In this document: in pieces, positions 26,953 to 41,124 of the stretch
Position numbering within the stretch: position 1 is the stretch's first letter
Layout of the letters: every line of letters begins with the position of its first letter
Source: Lytechinus pictus
Taxonomy: Eukaryota
Assembly (NCBI RefSeq): GCF_037042905.1
Contig: NC_087245.1
Location: 11,658,001-11,722,000, forward strand
Length of the DNA: 64,000 nucleotides
Reading direction: 5' to 3'
The notes under the pieces: generated by a model
Database searches by the model: none
What the model saw: the letters and a program-made list of their open reading frames with translations, nothing else
Told to the model about the DNA's origin: nothing
Made by a program: the position numbers and the translations under genes

Positions 26953-29900
26953 CGTAGGAGAGGTCTGCTACATTGCGGGCTACTCTCTCACACATTGTAC
27001 AGTTAAAGGAAAAAAGTTTCAATTTTTTTAATTGCGGGCTGTGGTCTGCCAGTGATGGAATCCCCATTGTTTTTTATGTATTTTCCATGCTTTTCACCCT
27101 TCCCTTCCCCCACTCTTGTGTCCAAATTTTACCAAAATTGTCGGCCCTGTCTCACACAGTTTTACAATTGAACCATTTATCTCATCTATGGAAAATGATT
27201 GATCCTTTTTAACATGGCAATTTTTTTTCATACAATTGGCTATTAGCATTAGCCCTCTTTCTATTTACATGTGATTACTTTCAATCCCAAGTAAAGAAAG
27301 CCAGCATTACCAGTATTTGTCACCTCTAAGGTATATACTGTGACCCTTTGTGAACAAAAAAGGGGCACAGTGAGATGTACATGCTATATGTCCATATAAA
27401 GTTTACACCATCTCCAAGGGTGCGGTGCTGAGCCATGTAGCCTTATCGCTGGCGTTCCATGGTTGAAATTGATTTTCATGAATCATTTTTTAAAGATTGG
27501 GTTAAAGATCCTGTAACCAAAAAAAAGAAAGATACAAATACATCTTCTTTATTACAGTACCAAGGTGTATATTGTGCAATGCCATCGCAAAGGATCAAGA
27601 TCTTGATATCGATATTTGATTGGTCTGAATGTAAAGAAATGCTTCTTGTGAACTGTATGCACATGCCAATAAGTAAAGCTTAAATCCATGCCCTAAAAAA
27701 AAAGAGAAAGATACAAAGGTGAAACAAGATATTCAGATAAGAAATGTTGTAGGAAATTGTTTGATCAATCCATCTAAGCTTCCATATAAACACAGATCTC
27801 TCTCTCTCTCTCCTTTTTTTCATTGATAAGTCAGATAGTGTCTTATTATTCTCTCTTCTGTTCAACATAACTTGTATTGCATATGGATTAGTCATGCTAT
27901 AAAAATATTCCGCTTTGTTATGAGTGTTTCATCAGTGAGCTGATATCATGAACATCATAGTACAATGCCTATTTTAATAATTATAAAAATACCATGGGAT
28001 CAGCATTATGGATTGGTTCGAAGGGTTGCTAAACTGCGCAAGGCATATCAAGTCCATTTATCTACCTCCTTTTTGATGTGAAGTTATTCCACTCAACATA
28101 TCCCATTTATATTTTACTGTTCATAGATAATTTGAATCCCTCCTTGTTTGATGTTTAAAAAAAATAATCTTCTACAATTGCTTAAAGTGAACTTTCGATT
28201 TTTTTTTCTAAAAAGGAAGAGAGATTGTTGATAATTGGCATGATTTTTACCCCGCACATTGCTGAAGGCCATACGGTGTACCACGGTTAGTTGTGATTTG
28301 ACATTTAGTTGTACAGGAGGATTCTAATTCTATAAAACAATCAACTGGACATAACAACCGTGTCTTGTTGCAATATAGAATCTGTTTTGGACCATTCAGT
28401 ATTGAATAACGATAAAGCAAAGTGTCATTAAGGTTTCGAAAGCCATGATACTTTCTTTGAAAGATTTTTCTCCTTTTTCCTGTTATTATTTTTTGTTTGC
28501 CTTAAATGTACTTCCCAGTCTCCTTAGCTTTGACCACTTCCTGGCTAATGTGATAATTCAAGCCAACAATACCACTGGTAGACCACATAATGATGTACAG
28601 CGTATACTCTGTCAGTAATTATCATATCTCAAGATTTTTTTCACATTTTTTAAATATTTCAAAGTGTTCTTGCATGTTTATTATCATATTGAACGAAAGA
28701 TTAATTGTTGATATACCGGGCCTTTTAAAAGACATTGTTGAAAATCAGTCGAGAATCTCCTTGTCTGTCTATTAAAGTTTTCATATTAACTCATCAGAAT
28801 GTTCTACAATGTATGATTAAGCACTAATATCTACACAGGAACTATTTCATAAAACTGTTCATAGAGTTTTACATGACTTTATGAAAGACTGGAATGTGAT
28901 GAACCAAAATGCGAGCTTGAAAAAAAAATGTTTTGATTTTTTTTCAAGATGCATTTAACTACAACTGTATATGCTGGTGTTCAGGCAGTAAAACACATTT
29001 TGATTGCAGTTAATGCAGTTGATACACACATTTAGCTTGTCATAAGTCAGTCATTTGTAAAGTAATTCATCCTTGGCAGCTTTATGAAATACCATGAGGT
29101 TCTAATTGATTTGGTATGATACAATATCTTACTTTTATATTATATCCTCTTGTGCTGATGTCCTACATGTATTTTTAAGTGATTATGTAATTACAGAATG
29201 TGCAGCTCAAAAGAAGGTGAAACAGTCAAAAGTGAAAATCTTGCCAAATGAATGTTTTATTCCTTCAAGCCAATCAATGCATATATTTTGAAAACACTTA
29301 GAGATCATACACTTCTCCACAGTATGAGGAATTAATAATATTTGCTTGGAGATAAATGGAGGAATATCTTTTGAGGTCTTTTAAAATCTCTGTTACATTT
29401 AGTGCTTGTATGACTCAGCCATACTCCCAAAATGACTTCAAAGTTCACACCAACTCAAAATCCACTGCTCCATGGCCAAAGAAGGCTAATACTAAAATGT
29501 CTTTTAATGTTATGAATCTAGGTCTCTGATTGGTCAAAGTTATGAAATCCACCATCGACTGCTTGGCAGTATAGTTACCCTGTACATATAGAATGAGGAA
29601 TTACCATGCTTGTCAACTTTCAGTCATGGACCTGTTCTCATTACTTCCCTAAAACTAGTTTACTGGAAACTAGTTTAACGTTGAATGAGAACGGTCGAAG
29701 CGGTCTTGGAAGCTATCTTCCAAACTAATTCGGAAAACCACCTCGCGATGTATTTTTCAAGATCGCTTTGCCTCGTTAAACCGCTTTTAGCATAAGTGAG
29801 GACACAACCATTCTTCGGAAGTGATCTTCGCACATTTTGAGTGTGCTACTCCACACACTGTGTGTAGAATGTCTACGCTGTGGTTTTTTATTTCGTGCGA

Positions 29901-32900
29901 AACATATCACCCCCCACAGAGAGCGTTCCCATACCAACAAGGCCACTTTCGGCTGATCAAATGGGAACGCTAGCAAAATGATCTTCCAAACTGGTTTCCT
30001 GAACCGATTTCCAGTAAACTAGTTTTAGAAAGTATAATGAGAACGATGTCATATTTTGCGTGCATTTCCCAAAACTTCCCCACATATGCATTTAGGACAG
30101 GACTTTAAATTGTCTTGTACTGAAGGCTTAATCAATTAAATCATGTATATCCGTCAATCCATGTACATATACCCTTTCATCAATTGCTAAAGGTGATATT
30201 AAAGAACAATATGTACTTTGGAGGAGGTCGGGGTTTTTCTTGTCCTCAATGTTTTGTTTGAGCGTAAACTGTTATTCTTTATTGTTTAGCAGTTGGGTCA
30301 GTATGTTAGTATGACCTTGCTCTTTGTAGATTCATTTAGGTGCTATAGATGGGAATTTTGATTGTCTAGACCTTGTAATTTTAGTGGAAATTTTGATGCA
30401 TTGAAAATTCATGAAAATCTTTCAGATGTGGGAATTCTTGTAATTGCAACTCAGCAGCGAGTGCAAACTTTGTGTAACTTTGCCATCAAAGGAAGTTTTG
30501 TCTTATGGTTGTTTCCATTATTTACTTTACTACTTATTTACTTACTTATGTATGATGATATTGTATGGATGATAAGTTATCCTGAGTGACAAACCCAAGT
30601 CTTTTATACCTGTGAATTAGCTGAATCGTTTAACAAGGGTTACAATATCTCACCAAAAAAAGGGTTATTATTAACTACATCAAATCACAATGGACAAATT
30701 AGAGGTCATTATCAAAAGTTTGTGGACCGGCACGGACTGGATGAAAAAGTGCAATGTGTCTTTTGCCCAGAGTCCAGGATGAAACTGTTTTGATTCACCG
30801 ATTTTTGACAAAGACTGCTTTGATATAAAGGGCTTTTGACAATAGATTATCAGCATTATAGAAAGCGTCTAGGAAGTGATTGCTAAAATGCCTTAGTCTC
30901 AAGTTCTGATCAAGATTATTTAGGGTCCTGATGCATAAAAGTTACTATAATGGTAACTTTATGTCATCAAATGAATGGTACATGTAACTACCATGGTAAC
31001 AAAGCTCAACAGCCAATCAAAATAAAGGATTCCATATCAGTTTATCTACCATTAGAATGGCAAAGTGACCACTATAGTTAAACTCTTATGTGCAGTGGGG
31101 TCCAGATCAGAAATTATTATGAGATACATGTATTACTTTGAAAACTTGGCTGATGTAAATGGGCCTTATGTGCCTCTTAAAATGCAGGCCAATGAGTGTT
31201 AAAATCACAACTGGACTGCAATAGCCAATGCTAGTTGTTGACCCATTGCAGGGAATGAATAATTTTCCTGGTATCGCATCGCAATTTGCTCCACATTTTG
31301 TAAAGACTGCTATGCAAAAATTCTTTTGTATAGCATATATTTACATAGGACTGTACATTAGTTAAAGAGCTTTTCTCTTATGACCAAAAATGCTATTCAA
31401 ATTTGTCAAGCAAAATTATTCCCTGGCCTCCTTGAGTTGGGAGATGAATCTACAAATCCTTTGGAAATTACAGAATTCAGTAGTCAAAGGGTTTAACAGA
31501 TTCAATGTAGGAAACGACTGTATTGTGTCCCTCCTTTTAGTGAAATCAGACAATTAGCATCAGCATTTTCTGCTTTTGATCATTATTCTTTGTTTTTCAC
31601 AAAACAGCACATAGTTGTATGGATTGACTGTAACGCTAAACATGTGAAAATTTTAAGTTAGTTGACTGTTATTCCTCACCCGAAACAGCATTTTATATAG
31701 GCCTACTAATTCAAAAGCAGGCTTTGTTAGTGGTTATAAATTATTTCAGCCTACAAAACTCAGTATGCGTAATTGTTCTTGTGGATCTAGCTGTGTAGGC
31801 ACTCAGCACTTCAATGCTAGCTCATGATGAATATTTTTGGTCAGATTCTATAATGCTTGTGTGCTGGGGAATCCATTCAAATGATAAAGACACCTTTGTA
31901 ATGATGGAAAATATGCAAATATTTATGTGTATATACTGAATGTAGTTTATTAATCAAGTTTGATAATTACTGACAGATTAAAAGGCATTTTAAAAGAAAT
32001 CATATGGTAAAGAAAGCTAGTGTTTTGAAATGTAGATGATAGCAATTTATGCCTTTGGATGTAGAGCGGAGTGTAGACATTTTTATGTGTTTTCAGTAGT
32101 GTAAACAGGTGACAGCTCAAAAGTATATGTACATGTAATGCACAGCCATGTGAAAACAATATGTACTTCCCACTGTACTGAAACTATGTTGTGTATTACT
32201 ATGTATGCTCACATATTTTGGATAATTGAGTAAAATACAATTGCTAGTGATGTAAGTAAAAAAATAATTGCTAGTGATGTAATCCATCTTTCAGTTGTAT
32301 CTGTCAAATGATTTGATATTTATTGCTCAATATCATTTCCAATGAATTTGAATATTGTTTACTGTCACAACTTATTCCACGATCAAACTGTATGTTAAGT
32401 TGTTTTAATGGTAAATGTAAGTCGAAAGGTAAAGCAGTATGTGGAAAGACTGGATGTGATTTTAAGTGTGATGATATGAAATGAAGAGGTTGTTTGGTGA
32501 GCAGTACGCAACACAACATAGATTGTTGTATGTTTGTATAGTTTTACTGGGGGGGGGGGGTGAAAGAGATAGGGGGAGAGAGAGTGTGTGTGTCTGTGTG
32601 TAGGGAAGAGTGGATGGGGTGTGTGCGAGTGTGTGTGTTTGTGTATGGTTTTGAGGGTACAGATGTGTTATTGCATGTTTGTGGATGGGTGTGTGGGTAT
32701 GTGTGTCTTCTTTGAAAATCTATCACAAAGAATTTTATACAGCAGGGAAGACATGAATCAGACAAATTTTAATTTGAGTAGTCTTGAAAAGAAACTGTTG
32801 TCACCTTAAACAAGATGAGGAGAAATTGTAAGTGCTACAGGTATTTTGAATATTGGAGAAGAAAATGTTAGCACTTGAATATTTTTTTTGTTTGGTTCAA

Positions 32901-32978
32901 TGTTTCTACAGAATCATGTTCTCATTTCACTTTGTGAAATTGTAATATGTCATTTTATGTCACTCGTTAACCATGTAG

Positions 32979-32984
32979 AATAAA
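32979..32984 (+). promoter_or_regulatory. Candidate polyadenylation signal of a long UBE2E 3' UTR
   Basis: AATAAA followed by T/GT-rich sequence ~33020-33040, at the end of a relatively TE-poor 6-kb stretch after the stop codon. Confidence 0.3.
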
Positions 32985-33609
32985 TGCACATGGAACATAA
33001 AGATATTCGAAGTCTGAAACTTTTGTCATTTGATTTTGAAGGTCTACATGTTTAATGAAAGTGGATGGATGGTGCTTGGGCAAGGAAAATCTGGCAACAC
33101 CCCCCCCCCCCTGTAAAATAGTACAGTTTAAACAGTAAATTTAGTTATGACATGGATAAATAATCTGCCTGTACACCTTTAACAAGTTGACTTTTAATAC
33201 CAATGGCAACTCCAAGAAACCATGTAAGAAAAAAGTATTGACCCCCCTTTCTTTTCTTTTATTAAACTATACTGTTATTTTAAGAAAAAAATCATAAATC
33301 AATCATATATCAATTTGGGCCATCTTACCTGTCACTTCCCCTATCGAAATGTCCAAGCATCATCCCAATTTGATGAAGTATTTCATTAAGTTAACATGTG
33401 AGAAATGAAATGAACAGTGGTGGATCCAGGAATTTTAAGGCAATAAGGGGCACAAATGGAAAATTTTACCAGCAGACGTGGGGCCATCACCACCTATGGG
33501 TGCAATTCCAGTCACAATAAATTCTAGTAAGGCTAAACGAAAATGGGCCAGATATAATAAAAGGGCGATCAACCAATGCTTTAGGGTTTTGTTTTCAAAT
33601 TATTTCCAT

Positions 33610-34913
33610 TTTGTCGTCCCGCCTGCATAGAGTGAGACTATATAGGTGCCGCTTTATGGATATACAATGTAGTTCATAAAATGTGGACATCGGGGTAATC
33701 AGGTATCACTGATTTTCTCGCACAAGTCTTGGGTCACATGATCAAGGTAAAGTGTCATTTAACATCGTACATATTTCTATTATGAATGGTGTTTTTTGTG
33801 AAGAATTATTCTATAATTAGCACTGCTTCTATATAAAATTGTGTAATGCAATCGAGCCTGCCAGAGGCACTCATTTTTGTCTCAGGGGTCTCACCTGCAT
33901 AGCAGAGTGAGACTATAGGCGCCGCTTTTCCGACGGCGTCAACACCTAATCTTAACCTGAGGTTAAGTTTTTGAAATGACAGCATAACTTAGAAAGTATA
34001 TGGACCTAGTTTATGAAACTTGGCTATAAGGTTAATCAAGTATTACTGAACATTCTGCCTGAGTTTCATGTCACATGACCAAGGTCAAAGGTCATTTAGG
34101 GTCAATGAACTTAGACCATGTTGGGGGAATCAACATCAAAATCTTAACCTAAGGTTAAGTTTTTTAAATGTCATCATAACTTAGAAAATATATGGACCTA
34201 GTTCATGAAACTTATACATAAGGTTAATCAAGTATCACTGAACATCCTGCATGAGTTTCACGTCACATGACCAAGGTCAAAGGTCATTTAGGGTCAATGA
34301 ACTTTGGCCGAATTGGGGGTATCTGTTGAATTACCATCATAACTTTGAAAGTTTATGGATCTGATTCATGAAACTTGGACATAATAGTAATCAAGTATTA
34401 CTGAACATCCTGTGCAAGTTTCAGGTCACATGATCAAGGTCAAAGGTCATTTAGGGTCAATGAACTTTGGCCAAATTGGGGTATTTGTTGAATTACAGCC
34501 ATAAATTTGAAAGTGTGTCTAGGTCACATGACCAAGGTCAAAGGTCAATGAACTTTGGCCATAATGGGGTATCTGTTGAATTACCATCATAACTTTGAAA
34601 GTTGATGGATCTGACTCTTGAAACTTGGACATAAGACTAATCAAGTATCACTGAACATCCTGTGCGAGTTTCAGGTCACATGATCAAGGTCAAAGGTCAT
34701 GTAAGGTCAAAGAACTTTGGCCACGTTGGGGGTATTTGTTGAATTGCTATCATATCTCTATAAGTGTATTGGTCTAGTTCATAACACGTGGAAATAAGAG
34801 TAACCAAGTATTACTAAACATCTTGTGCGAGTTATAGTAGTTTTCAAAATCAGCACTGCTGCTATATTGAATCGCGTGATGCAGGTGAGACGGCCAGAGG
34901 CATTCCACTTGTT
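33610..34913 (+). mobile_element. Two adjacent HINE family 2 copies (short deleted copy 33610-33873; longer copy 33888-34913)
   Basis: gtctcacctgcat / atgcaggtgagac subTIRs, gccagaggcattccacttgtt end, ~5 tandem units. Confidence 0.75.
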
Positions 34914-35910
34914 ACTATTGTGTCCCCCCCCCCCCCAAAAAAAAAGAAACCTTACTCCCCCTCCCCACCTGTTTATGCTTCTAGTACCATACTGCTTCAT
35001 GAGTTGTTGCTTTGTTATGCAAATCCGTATCAATAAAATGAAAATACAAAGCCTGTAGGCCTATGGTTTTAGAGACAGCCCAAATGCTAGGCCTACCTTT
35101 TCAGCTCTCTCTTTTGACATTCACAAAAATATACCAAGAGGTGGCGCTACAACCCTACAAGTGAGCTAATTTCATAGAGATGTAGTATACATCTCTCTGG
35201 CTAATTTCCCCTCTCTGTGTGGGAGGTAGTTATTTATTATACCTCAAATTTGACTTGTAGCCGATTCTGAATTTAACTATCCTATGGTTTAATCATCTAT
35301 GACGTAGCTTTAAATAATTTTAGTTGGATCTTGTAATAGAATAATATTTTTCTTGCCCCCCCCTCCGAATCGTTGGTGGTGGGAGGTATTGATTTTTTTT
35401 ATTATCATTATTCATGGGGAGGGGGTCGATAGGATATCATATCACCGTTTTACGGTAAGATCCGATTCTTGTTCATTCTTTTAAGAAAGGCTTAATGATG
35501 TACACTTTAATGTATGTGCATCATACAATCTTAAAACAAAATTTTATCAGTAAAATTGACTAGACCAGTAGTCAACTGGGTGCAACTGATATGTCTGACA
35601 TATATTCTAGTCAGAAATAACTCTGTTGTAGTAAAATACGACTAGAAAATACGACTAGAATAACAGTTGCACCCAGCTGACCCTATCAACTAGTCATTTT
35701 TTACTGATTTGTTTTTAGGGTGTAGAACCAAGAAATGATTGCAACCAGTTCGCGCAAAGATGCCTTCTCGAGACCATCCACCCTTGCATATATTTTTCCT
35801 GCTTGTCTAGGTGAAAATCCGTTATTTTCATAAAATTTAATGAGGAGGCGTTGAGAGTTAGAAAGGCGTATACTCTAAATGGGGAGATTTCACTTTAAAA
35901 AGGGTATCAC

Positions 35911-37189
35911 CAGTGGCGTATTTTCATGGGGGTGTAGAAAGGTGAAGCAATCCTTCAGGTGAAGCAATCCTCCCGCGCGGAGCGCGAAGTTTTAGATATC
36001 TCATCAAATTTCAATCAAAATAAGACGTCTCTTGCGTCCCTAATACTCTTATCAAAACGAATTCAATTGACTTGCTGTGATTAAAAAAAAAAGATGAGCG
36101 CCTACAAAATGGGAAAAGATTTAGAAATTCAAAATAATTCCTCTTACCGCGCAAAGCGCGAAAGCTAAGACGTTTTATTGAAAAAATTAGAACAAAAGTG
36201 ATATAAAATACCTACCTTAGTCACAGCATATAAAACTTTAGCCACATTAAATTTATTTAACTCGCAAAACAGACTGTAGAAAGCTGATATATGCAGGGAT
36301 CTCTTCCCGCGAATGGCAAGTTCTGAATTGTATACATTTCTCTGAAAATTTAACATGCTCTAATTTTGATATTTCTTACATAATATGAAGAAAATATAGC
36401 TCAAAATGTGAAAGGGATGATGAAAGCTAAAAGACGGACTTTTCCTTTCCCATGCACGCGAAGCGCGGATACTTCTGTGACTTATTTTGGAAGAAAAAAA
36501 TTGTATAACTTTGCTCATAATATTAAGCGCTTCCTTTTTTATGATTAAGAATCTTCAGTGATATTCAAAATTTTAAATCAATGGCGCAAAACCAAAACAA
36601 GATCGGAGAAGGATGTGCAGCGATATAGAATAAGGTTTAATCGTACATACTTTTGCATATCTCATAGCATGGCACGAATGAATGCTTTCCCCATTGAGCA
36701 GAAGCTTTGCCAACAAATTGCTTGCTGAAAAACGGAAAAAATAGCATTTGGGGACTCGGGGAGTGACGGTATAAAAGTTTAACCGCTCTGAACAGAAGAG
36801 CCGAAATTTTGTGTCAGTGCAATAAAAAAAAAATGCTTTTCATACTATCCATGTATACGGTATAATTTCTGGCAAGAATGCGATTCCCATGGCCGGGAAA
36901 GGGGAAAAACGGAGTAGAAAAAAGGTGTGGGAAACAAAGGGGGAGGCAATTCCAATATTTTTCCCGCGCAGAGCGCGGAAGCAAAATTTTGTATGAAGAG
37001 ACAAAAGAACATCTAATATAGGTTTTTATTATTTTGACATGTTTGACAAAAAGAAAAAAACACAAAAGCTATGCCCTTCTTCCCTTTTCTCCCTTCGCTT
37101 TTTCCTTTTTTCCCTTTTCCCCCTTTTTTTTTGGGGGGGGGGGGTTTGGGGGGACCGCCCCCACCGCCCCCCCCCTGGCTACGCGCCTG
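35911..37189. mobile_element. hAT-like non-autonomous element
   Basis: Termini cagtggcgta / tacgcgcctg, repeated cgcg..aagcgcg subterminal motifs; no clear TSD. Confidence 0.45.
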
Positions 37190-37556
37190 CACCGCCGTCT
37201 TTTGATATCCAATTATTTGTCAATTCTGACAGAAGAGGTAAAAAAAAACATTCTGACTGAAAAGCGTGTGGTGTTGAATCTATGGAAACATAATCACCCC
37301 ATTGTCATGACTGTGAGAATGAGCTGCAAGGGGAAGTTATAATACCGATTGATTGTTTAGTTGACCGACCGTCATGGTGCGGAATGAAATTAATGAATCA
37401 GATCAGGTGCACTGGAGCAGTTCATCTGGAGTCAAATTTACTGGAAGTTCTACGAAAGTATCATCCTGATATATAATAAGAATGTCAGTTTCTATTGCCC
37501 TCATTATTGTTGCCATATATAACCCCCAGGCCTTCCCCCTTCTAGTTAGCTACCAC

Positions 37557-37751
37557 TAGTCTGCTATGCAGACTCTGAATGGCTCGTGAGGTGGGATCTT
37601 AGCGCACCAAGCACGCTGCTGCTGGTTTGCGAAGCAAATCAGCCTGAAAGGGCGAGCGAAGCTAGCAGTAGACCTAGTCTGCTATGCAGACTCTTAATTG
37701 AATCAGCTGTGGTACACAACACTGCAGATGTGGGTCTACATTTGTAGACTA
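37557..37751. repeat. Tandem short palindromic repeat units (tagtctgctatgcagact)
   Basis: Identical 20-mer at ~37557 and ~37676, each opening a short hairpin-forming unit. Confidence 0.45.
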
Positions 37752-39095
37752 AGCTATCACAGTCAATGATCTGTGGCAGTTCGGAGTTCCATTCTGCGCA
37801 ATTGCGCATGATCAGAAGAAGGTAATTTGAACTCTAATGGCATGGTGGTTTATATTCAATGGGGGTAAACAACTCTGATGTCTGACTTACTTGCGAATTC
37901 ATTCAAAGTAGAATGCAACAAATACCTTCATTAAAATGATCCTGGGAAGCAGGGGTGCTGGGGATGCTGAAGCACCCCCGAGATTTTCCTAGGGGGTTCT
38001 GCATGCGTGTGTGGTTCTCCATATTAGGCAGCACCCCTGGAATTCTGGAAGGTGATGCAAAATGAAGAAACAACACCTTTTGTTATTGAAACTCTTTTTT
38101 TGCGCTTCGCTTCTTTCTGCTTTTTTTTTTTTTTTTGCTTTTCAAATTTCTCGGGGTACCCAAGTGATCTTCACCTAGTAGTGAAACCTTTTTTTCTTTG
38201 GCTAGTCAAATCATGGACCTAGTAGGTCCATGGTCAAATTTACATCAGCATCCCCTGTAAGTAAAAAAAAAGTTTCCAGGGCCCTGTCAATAGAGTGTTC
38301 ATTGAATTGAAGTGCTATTCTAGTCATCTAGCTGGTCTATGCAATTTGTGCATCTTTCTATGTCAGGCTAGCTTATAATATCTTGCTTTGAAATATGCCT
38401 ATTGGAATGGAAGAATTAAAGGAAAGGTAAATTGTAAAAACTTGCCCATGAGGTAACTCCAAACTGGTCTATTAAAAAAGATCGTGACTATTATGCCTGT
38501 GTGTTCTCGGGGATGCTGGATCGATCTGCTGTCACTTTTCACAAAAGCGTATTTTTTTTATTCCTTGAGTTTTTTTTTCAACGCATTTTTCAGAATCTGG
38601 CAGGTGTGAGTACACAAAATTCCAAACTATTATCAATAGAATTATGTTACTTTTTGTCCCTGCTCACTTAACTTTTTCATAAAGTTTAACAATAAATAAA
38701 TAATGAACTGGATCCAAACCCTGAAACGTTCGCTTCAATATTCAGATCCCGGCATTCAGATGCCACATCATCAGCCTTTGTTTTTATTTTAATAACACGA
38801 GGCGAACTGTTGGCCTTGTAGGGTCGGCCCTCTTAAATAAAGAATAAGCAAGGCAATTATATTGTTTGGGTGTTTTTCTGGGGGAGGGGTCCTCCTTTCA
38901 ATGATAGGAGTGCCCTGTAACTTAACTTCCCCAGAAAAAAAAAACAGCCAAAAGCAATAGAACAATATTGGGGTCAAGAACGAATCCAGCCCATAGAATA
39001 AAATCTGAAATTACTGTTCGAACCGCATTCGGTCTACTTAACCCGTGGAGATTGATAATTCCATGCCCCCCCCCCCCCCTTCACTCCCTATATAT

Positions 39096-39136
39096 ATCAG
39101 CTGATCCAATGGAAAGAAATCAGCTGATCACGTCAC
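39096..39136 (+). promoter_or_regulatory. Candidate FLVCR proximal promoter motifs
   Basis: Two atcagctgat E-box palindromes, CCAAT (39106-39110) and atcacgtcac (39127-39136) in a CpG-rich patch ~300 bp upstream of the ATG. Confidence 0.35.
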
Positions 39137-39424
39137 GGATTGTTTTGTTGGAATTGCGGGTCGCGCCACATATTCACCGTACCGTCACCATGTGTGCGGT
39201 ACAAGTTCCATCTTCAGCAGCGTTCTTCTCTTTTCTTGAAGAATTTTAGTAAATAGTAGCCACACGATCAGAGCTCGATAAAACAACGTTTGTTTTCCTT
39301 TGTGACTTATTTTTTTTAAAGGTTAAAACCGTACATGTAAACTGTACCGAAGCCTGCTGTTGATACTATTGTTATTTAAATTTAGTCGGGAGATTGAATA
39401 GAGCCAGCAGAGCGAAACGACGAC

Positions 39425-40213
39425 ATGGGTGAAGGAACTGAGATTGACCCAGCCCATACCGGCGATTGTCATGAAGTTGACAGTGGGCAAGTTACGGCTG
39501 CTGGAAACATGGCGTACCATGCGATGAACGTAGAGGATGGGGCCGCGGAGGAGGAGGAAAACTCGAAAGGCAAGATGATGTTTGTGGAATCAACGGCGAC
39601 TATGGAGACTGTAATATTTGACGATGATTCTGTGTCGTATAAAAAACTTGAAGATGGTGCAGCAGTGTTTGATGATCCAGAAATTAAACCGATGATGACA
39701 TCGAAGTTGAATGGTGATGTCGAGAAAGCAGCTCAAGTTAAAACCCGTAACGTGAGCGTATCATCTGCAAATTACACTCGACTCTACAAACGACGATGGT
39801 TGATGTTGGGTCTCTTCTGTATGCTGTCTATGAGCAATGCCTTCCAGTGGATCCAATACTCTGTGATAGGAAACGTTATTGTTGATTATTATAATGTAGA
39901 ATACATTGCTGTTGACTGGCTATCAATGATTTACATGCTTGTCTACATCCCCCTTATTTTTCCAGTTACATGGTTGCTGGAGAGGGCAGGACTAAAAGTA
40001 GTGGGAATCTTAGGGGCAAGTCTCAACTGCGCTGGGTCTTGGTTCAGATATGCGGGAGCAGTTCCTCATCTTTTTCCAGTGGCTTTTGCAGGACAAACAT
40101 TATGCGCCATCGGGCAAGTTTTTATTCTGGGCATGCCAGCCCATGTAGCAGCAACATGGTTTGGTGCGAAAGAAGTATCCACAGCATGTGCGATTGGTGT
40201 ATTTGGCAATCAG
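39425..40213 (+). CDS. FLVCR: FLVCR-family (SLC49A) MFS transporter, first coding exon
   Basis: 263 codons incl. YKRRWLML, NAFQWIQY, DWLSMIYM, GQVFILG, WFGAKEVSTACAIGVFGNQ; donor CAG|gttaat at 40213/40214. FLVCR1 vs FLVCR2 orthology not resolvable. Confidence 0.93.
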
Positions 40214-41124
40214 GTTAATAACATTTTCAATATACTTACCTGTGTGTACACCAAAAAGAGAATAATTTTTAAAATGTAAATTGACCTAGGTACAAACAAG
40301 CCTGAAATTGAGGTGTTGATCACTGTTCAAATGAGCATAGACTAGTAATTTGAAAATGATAATTAAAATGTGATTTGGTCTGGAGCCTGGAGGAGAGTTT
40401 AAGGTTTAGTGACATGTACATACATATGATTTCTTAACTGAACATTCACTTTCCATGTACATAAAAAAGATGGGATAGGGCTGAATTTCTCCATACTAGA
40501 TAAAATACAACACCCTCTTTTACCTACATGTACATGTATTTTCACTAGATCAGTGCAGGTTACAGAATAACGTCACAGATGATTGTGGGAATTCATTTTT
40601 CCCACATTACTTCAAAGCAGTTTTCCTTGCAAAAATCTTTGCCATTGAGTCCGGATTTGTATTCTCTAATTTTACAATGAATATAGTTTTAGACTTTTAG
40701 TATTTCTATCCACTCGATCTACTCGCATATCTTGGTCTAAATCTCCATATCATCTGACAATTAGTGTATGGCTAAACCCACTAAGTGTACTTAGTTTGGT
40801 CTACCATCATTTGGTCTATAAAATTTGTCTAACTGACATTAAATGTAAGTCAAATACTCTGATCTAATTTGCACTGTGTTTGAGTTTAGATATTTGGTTC
40901 ATATTCATTTTACATAATCTGCATGTTCAAAAGGGAACAAGACATTTACATGTACTCTTGCGATTATTGCTCCTCTAATTTCTTTGAAGGTTAGTGCTAT
41001 TAGGGTGACAGGATTTTCGTTCTACTTCAGCATGATTATAGGATTAACATTAATGTAGCTGAGGTTTGTTAGGATGAGATTAGGTTAGGATTTTCTTTAG
41101 GAGCAAATGTCATGGAACCTTTAA

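Noticed and set aside
40214..40279. C-terminal extension of the 284-aa FLVCR ORF
   Set aside because: Intron read-through past the GT donor; homology continues in exon 42558-42690.
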